Positions 60,901-64,000 of a DNA stretch of 64,000 nt are shown here, one piece after another. Under the pieces are notes generated by a model. It was not told the DNA's origin and searched no databases. It saw nothing but the letters and a program-made list of their open reading frames with translations. The stretch is taken from the NCBI GenBank assembly GCA_018673925.1, contig JABHBL010000096.1, positions 84,071 through 148,070 of the forward strand, given 5' to 3'. The position numbers and the translations under genes are program-made. The DNA is from Fidelibacterota bacterium (GTDB lineage Bacteria; Fidelibacterota; UBA8477; JABMPR01). The stretch's first letter is position 1; each line of letters begins with the position of its first letter.

Positions 60901-62349
60901 CTCCACGGCTCAGAAACTGTTAATATTGAGAAGCTTGGTGCTCCAAGAGAACTCAGTGTAAAGCAGGATCTCGTATCCACAGGTAGCGTTGAAGGTCCTA
61001 CCATAACAACAGTTGGTCGTGAACTTCTCAACTACAATGTTTTCAGATCCATGGACCCAATGGTTTTTGGTGATGCTTATGCAAACGTTGCTGGTGAGAT
61101 GTTCTTTGATGATGACTTCACTTTCGATACACAGTACTTCTATACTGTAAGTGCTGTATACGACCTTGGTGAATCAGATTACTCAAATGTGGATGCCTTT
61201 ACCTATTGGTCACCACTGTATCTGCAACACTATGAAGACTTCATGTATCCAGATGGAACACTTCCCGAGGATATCGGCTTTGTAACTGACGATGGCGCAG
61301 GCAATGCGGCTGCAAACTGGGGTATAGCACAGGAAATGCTGCATTTCAGTTGGTCACCAACAGCAACTGATTTCTATCAGACTGTAACATCACCAGAGGC
61401 TGACTTTGCTGGTGCAACAGCTGCTAGAATCTCATTCTATCTGATGTTGGATGATTATAATGATGCTGATAATGGTACATTGGATATTTCAGCTTCCCTT
61501 TCAAATGATGGTTTCGTAACTGAGACAGTACTCTTTGCTCACAACGATTCTATCTATGGAGATATTGATGATTATATGATTTTCAATGTTTCTGATGTGG
61601 TAGCTGGAACAGATGGATGGCAAGTACGATTCACTGTTGAAGGTGCTACATCATTTACCATGGATAATCTATGGATTGATGATATCATGGTTGAATCTGA
61701 TGTTTACCCAGGTCCAGGAGATTTCAGTCTTCTGTCACCTGCTAACGACGATGATGTTGTGATTACATCCGCTAACGTTGCCACAGGCTCCTTGCTCTTT
61801 GCTTGGGAATCTGCTGGTGATGATATGATGTATGGTGTTGAATTGACTGGTACACTTGGTAGTGTTATCATTCCTTTTGATACATCCGCAACTGAAGTTC
61901 TGATTCCTTATTCAGTTCTAAGTGCTGCTTTTGAATTTACTGGCACCACTGGTGTAACTGGAACTTGGGATATTGTTGCTTATAGTGATATGTATGATGC
62001 CTGGTCATTGAATGGCCCATTCAACCTCACTATCGGTACAACAGTAGGTACAGACGATACATTTATTCCAGATGTGTTCGCTCTTTATCAGAACTATCCG
62101 AACCCCTTCAATCCGGTTACTACCATAACCTATGATATTCCAGAAGCATCTGATGTGAGACTAGTTGTTTACAACCTTGTTGGACAGCCAGTAAGCGTAC
62201 TTGTTAATGGTTTCCAAAACCCAAGTCGCTACACATTAGCATGGAATGGTCTATCTGACGCAGGCTTACCAGTATCTTCAGGTATTTATGTATACCGCCT
62301 AGAAACTGACAGCTATGTCAAAACCATGAAGATGATGTATCTGAAATAA
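54958..62349 (+). CDS. Giant secreted multidomain surface protein: ASH/Ig, cleaved-adhesin-like, lamin-tail, PPC-like, CARDB, split FN3, carboxypeptidase-regulatory-like, FlgD-type CTD
   Basis: GGAGG RBS and signal peptide at 54958; LDFG..V..TINN.G...L.V; EDFEG..P.GW...D.DG; FFSEY.EGSSNNK.IEIYN; E.DE.NN; QNYPNPFNP. Confidence 0.85.
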   Translation: MWRKLLLTGLIFSVAFTSAFAVDVQAIGEDHTAAVIEKNRLDMSNANTLLARDASDRNDFGVLDLRYDYVYPIDDLTVTASNDLDTVVVADVATVGTVTIDYDWVTDNYPGEGSFTMTSPAGTELTIGAGQTSGHYTVELAGFSGEDLAGNWIFSANDSWGDGGHSLSGATMNVDMAAIVPEISFSDDALDFGTLPVGLYAEKTLTINNLGGGALTVSSINADDANFYLGTLSIAPVPAFSSVDIIVGYEPAASGAHIANLVFTSDDAGSPDTVALSGTAIDPVTTGGPDVAGYTWVSSLDAAGPTFTWIDTVGSTDANIANGDDYRGTIDIPFTFRYYGNLYTQLTATTNGWVGMGPSSGYSSSYWTNTTIPSATLPDNMIAPLWDDFKAGDGPASTSSAHGTIKYITLGTEPNRQFVVIFDEIVRGTYDTDYFSFEVILDEATSDITIQYLDVVAGSSADNGIGGTIGIENGDATDGLLYTYNGDPQLIYDEMAIHFVAPPPPSLPNMVLDVTELNFGSVAVGGSASADVMITNNGSGDLVVSGATVAAPFSTTYSGTIAENTSATATIFFDPTATGSFAETLTFTVTGDYTADDDAVALSGSAYPADFVLEDFEGADFPPYGWTIIDVDGGSAINPDLSYIDPYSGEVAAEGMGCADDYLITPSLTIPAGYADFSFWHGQESVNYENSFKVMVSTTGTDPADFVEVVDYPNTVPPAADAWTMETVDLSAYAGQEIYVALYVYYSESSYYGFGFDDILMPPLTPNTNTPFFSEYMEGSSNNKGIEIYNLTGSTLELDEYRIIQSNNGGGWDLIHAFPAGATLDFQDLWMIVTDAAFPEMQALADEVLPYNTEDKVVHFNGDDARALIHIVGTDTTFMDVIGVPTEDPGSGWDVAGVAVGTQEHNLVRKPDVETGNTDWALSAGTNADDSEWIVYDQDFWYGMGYHNEDYPLPGDNCDLALVYGDVNDPEMVGTIDSYGEAWYTFYNDGTYDNVFASLCGSTFDTKIEVWAGCDSATYIAYNDDFCSTQSEVDLGELPAGDYWVKVFGYGSSSGEYTLNVTGTNGVPDFVVTSMEYYGQDTLDVVVTNIGDGDSPGYAGTDYHGLYIDGDYLGYVAEMDVALLAGQSYTYSLTGVNYDFLGVGIHEVVFEADTDDDVLEIDETNNNDTLLIEIGYPPLAPRHVVAMAGEAHVFLYWETAVIPVPDVAGLGRSIQGVSETRSKPAVVLSQELLDKRDEARGSAFREAGDTCAEAVELTVADGSVVSAPYAPYWYSYTPAVDGYLTASSDGLTTEDTKVYAYDDCDLPYIDYDDDGGAGFQSILTIPVTGGTTYYFEWSDQYSSAAFDWSLTYIDYLPLADLEVTEMYQEGDAVFAVITNIGVLDAAGVSCHWWVNGEDVAYEYTDLLIPTAADTLGLYGFSWANLGAGTFNVAMDVDFWGSVDEMSEENNLDSISVVLEDPDYMPTYNIYRDDVLLAGGLDAVNRDFDGEYFDEAVVADVEYTYYITQILEDLSETIPSESVSATPWAPIFYPFPFTEDFEAVMDNLLPLGYVTEEIGEPDGGNWEVGDSAYFQTNTYNGWHPAGSTGQFAGIDDDGVAISSNGNEIMWTPWVDFATAVNPQILFNYTVRGGLGGEFIVFDGEEAMVYPLEDSPMEWTGTLFNLGEYAGDVVRFGFHYDDNGGWAYGMGVDNIVVEEAPLPGTITGTVTDIDGNAIDHADVYAMGLFADEGAMTDAAGAYTITVPAGDYDVEVMRVNYHPAYAEMVTVAEGAATTLDFVLDLYLPAPQNLMAYPSMVDTTIGLMWAPPVPMGQVAYDDGTYEGFVTPVSPSTADNFFAAHFKAAISPGYAINEVSVLSTATGAESAFESISVLSSDEMGLPDFSDVLWTSAGADAALYPEAAWDFYPVGVTPTEHDFWVVIEWPVGNEFGPYIGHDDDTFIGNSIWSNAADTSGAPAWIMDPGTFAIHAYLAEPSTGRSVVLHGSETVNIEKLGAPRELSVKQDLVSTGSVEGPTITTVGRELLNYNVFRSMDPMVFGDAYANVAGEMFFDDDFTFDTQYFYTVSAVYDLGESDYSNVDAFTYWSPLYLQHYEDFMYPDGTLPEDIGFVTDDGAGNAAANWGIAQEMLHFSWSPTATDFYQTVTSPEADFAGATAARISFYLMLDDYNDADNGTLDISASLSNDGFVTETVLFAHNDSIYGDIDDYMIFNVSDVVAGTDGWQVRFTVEGATSFTMDNLWIDDIMVESDVYPGPGDFSLLSPANDDDVVITSANVATGSLLFAWESAGDDMMYGVELTGTLGSVIIPFDTSATEVLIPYSVLSAAFEFTGTTGVTGTWDIVAYSDMYDAWSLNGPFNLTIGTTVGTDDTFIPDVFALYQNYPNPFNPVTTITYDIPEASDVRLVVYNLVGQPVSVLVNGFQNPSRYTLAWNGLSDAGLPVSSGIYVYRLETDSYVKTMKMMYLK

Positions 62350-62370
62350 AGTACATCTCTCCGAAATACT

Positions 62371-62404
62371 ACAAACAGCCCCTTCGCGGGGCTGTTTGTA
62401 TTTT
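62371..62404 (+). terminator. Intrinsic terminator
   Basis: ACAAACAGCCCC-ttcgc-GGGGCTGTTTGT-ATTTT. Confidence 0.85.
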
Positions 62405-62550
62405 AGGGAGAGTTGAATGTGAATGAGGTGTTGGGAATGGCTCTATTTCCCACTTCTCCACATTTCAAATGTCTTGATCCAAATCAAATGGTCATAAATA
62501 ATTAGCAAAAAGAGATTGGTTTGTTCTGGCCTCTTAACTACCTTCGCTCC

Positions 62551-62949
62551 GTGAAATATTTCAGTACCATACTTGTGATGATGATCTTAGTAACCAGCAG
62601 CTTTGGCAATGCTACACTGAGTGGCTTTAGTGGTTACTCCGATGCATCCCGTATCATTATTCAGTGGAATACTACAGCTGAACAAGGTCTTGATGGTTTT
62701 GAAGTTCAACGCAGTACTGATGGTCATACCTTTATTGAAATCGGATTCCTCCATGCCCAAGGTCAGGGGAGTGGCTATACCTTTATTGATGATTCCATCA
62801 TTGCCAAGGTTGCCGGACGAAACTATTTCTACCGTCTCAAAATCAAAGATATGGCAGGCAACTCTCAATTGAGTGATGTGATTACAATTCAATCAACTCT
62901 TGATGTGGTGCCACGCACCTGGGGATCTTTAAAAGCTCTCTTTAAATAG
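62551..62949 (+). CDS. Small exported FN3-like protein with C-terminal TWGxxKxLF tail
   Basis: Signal peptide from GTG at 62551; W.T..E....GFEVQRS.DG..F..IG...Y.F.D...YYRLK; ends PRTWGSLKALFK. Confidence 0.7.
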   Translation: MKYFSTILVMMILVTSSFGNATLSGFSGYSDASRIIIQWNTTAEQGLDGFEVQRSTDGHTFIEIGFLHAQGQGSGYTFIDDSIIAKVAGRNYFYRLKIKDMAGNSQLSDVITIQSTLDVVPRTWGSLKALFK

Positions 62950-63012
62950 AATCAATTCACAATTGGAATGATGAATATCCGTTGCGGCGGATTTTTTGTT
63001 TTATAAGGGTAA

Positions 63013-63080
63013 TGGACATTGAGGTTCTCGAAATGTCCAACATGTTGTAATGAAAATTAGAGGCTCCGACAGGCTCAGCC
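63013..63080. repeat. Inverted pair of REP-like GAG-N5-CGA hairpins (copies 5 and 6)
   Basis: TGGACATT-GAGGTTCTCGA-AATGTCCA (+, 63013-63039); GGCT-GAGCCTGTCGG-AGCC (-, 63062-63080). Confidence 0.7.
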
Positions 63081-63129
63081 GCTGGAGACAAATATGTAGA
63101 ACCCAGTTGTGAAGTTGGAAAAGTGGTGC

Positions 63130-63837
63130 TTAATGGCACTCTAGAATGGTACGGGCAGGTTCAGTGAGATATCGGTATCCATTGTACAGGGTATAGAAAC
63201 CATAGATAATGACCGAAAGTGCTGCCAGCTGTGTCATGATATGACGGAATTTGAGTTTTTTGAACAGTCCTACAAAAAAGCCCAGGCTAAAGAGTGCAGG
63301 AATAGTACTCAGCCCAAAGATGAACATCACCAGAGCTCCATAGATGGGACTGGCTGTACTGGCCGCAGTGATCGCAAAGAAATACACAAATCCACAAGGC
63401 AATAACCCATTCAGCATTCCCAGCAGATAAAACCCCAGGAGGGATTCACTTTTCAAAAGCTTTTTAAATGTCGTTTGATACCATGTAGAGCTGGCAAAGG
63501 AGGTTTCAAATAGTTTCAGTACATGTAGTTTGCCCAGGAGGGAAAGACCAGCGATTACCATAGCTACTCCAGCCACAATCCACAATATACCATTGGTTGT
63601 ATTATTAAAGACAACCACACCACCCAGGATTCCAAATACAGCGCCAAGAACGGTGTAGGTGGTTACTCTTCCCAGCGAATAAAGCAGGTGTGAGATGGCC
63701 TGGGCCATCCTGCTCCGATCTTTTTCAAGACCAGCCGTTGAATAGGCGATGACAATACCACCACACATTCCAATACAATGGCCAAAGGATCCCATAAATG
63801 CGATGGTAATAATGGATATAATATTAACGGTTTCCAC
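63130..63837 (-). CDS. DsbD_2 / UreH-like (TauE/SafE-annotated) membrane protein
   Basis: HCIGMCGG, Y..GR...Y..LG, G.LPCG.VY, M..FG..T.P. Confidence 0.85.
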   Translation of the reverse strand: METVNIISIITIAFMGSFGHCIGMCGGIVIAYSTAGLEKDRSRMAQAISHLLYSLGRVTTYTVLGAVFGILGGVVVFNNTTNGILWIVAGVAMVIAGLSLLGKLHVLKLFETSFASSTWYQTTFKKLLKSESLLGFYLLGMLNGLLPCGFVYFFAITAASTASPIYGALVMFIFGLSTIPALFSLGFFVGLFKKLKFRHIMTQLAALSVIIYGFYTLYNGYRYLTEPARTILECH

Positions 63838-64000
63838 TATTGCTCCAGGAGTTGCTTGCGAAAGCTCAAATTTGCCATGGTTTCACCCCTCAACATGGCT
63901 TGCTGCATGTCAGTAAAAACCACCAGACCCTCTTGATGGGTCCTGTATGCTCCAAATCCGTACGACATGGGGGTTTGATCTGTACGACTATACCAGGCTA
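63837..64000 (-). CDS. 3' end of a gene cut by the window edge, NosL-like C-terminus
   Basis: Open frame AWYSRTDQTPMSYGFGAY...MLRGETM...LLEQ*; its TAG overlaps the next gene's GTG (TAGTG); TPMxYG resembles NosL. Confidence 0.5.
   Translation of the reverse strand, partial: AWYSRTDQTPMSYGFGAYRTHQEGLVVFTDMQQAMLRGETMANLSFRKQLLEQ

Noticed and set aside
1..64000. tRNA, rRNA, riboswitch, IS element or prophage
   Set aside because: No cloverleaf, rRNA signature, recognisable riboswitch, transposase, integrase or phage gene seen by eye; an Rfam scan would be needed to exclude small RNAs

Overview
A 64 kb, roughly 43% GC (visual estimate) bacterial chromosomal segment, most consistent with the FCB group (Marinimicrobia/Calditrichaeota-like). 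Support for that placement is three proteins with the NYPNPFNP/FlgD-type C-terminal sorting domain, a Bacteroidetes-type AMP nucleosidase and a eukaryote/archaeal-type ProRS. Contents: pabAB, a Wolinella-type frdCAB operon, proS, a sigma54-preceded Yip1-TolC-MFP-ABC exporter operon, a YtrA/GntR ABC operon with a palindromic operator, amn, PBP1A, an ABC-F ATPase and two giant acidic secreted multidomain proteins. I saw no rRNA, tRNA, CRISPR, integrase or transposase. Most notable observations: (1) a single 2067-aa AddA-AddB fusion; (2) two secreted proteins whose FN3 domains are split by inserted domains and Arg-terminated linkers, as in gingipain adhesins, one also carrying dockerin plus cohesin; (3) six copies of a covarying GAG-N5-CGA hairpin in inverted pairs between convergent genes; (4) a C-terminal TWGxxKxLF tail; (5) FrdC lacking the E-pathway Glu; (6) two probable ATC start codons. 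All family calls come from motif recognition by eye, not from database searches.
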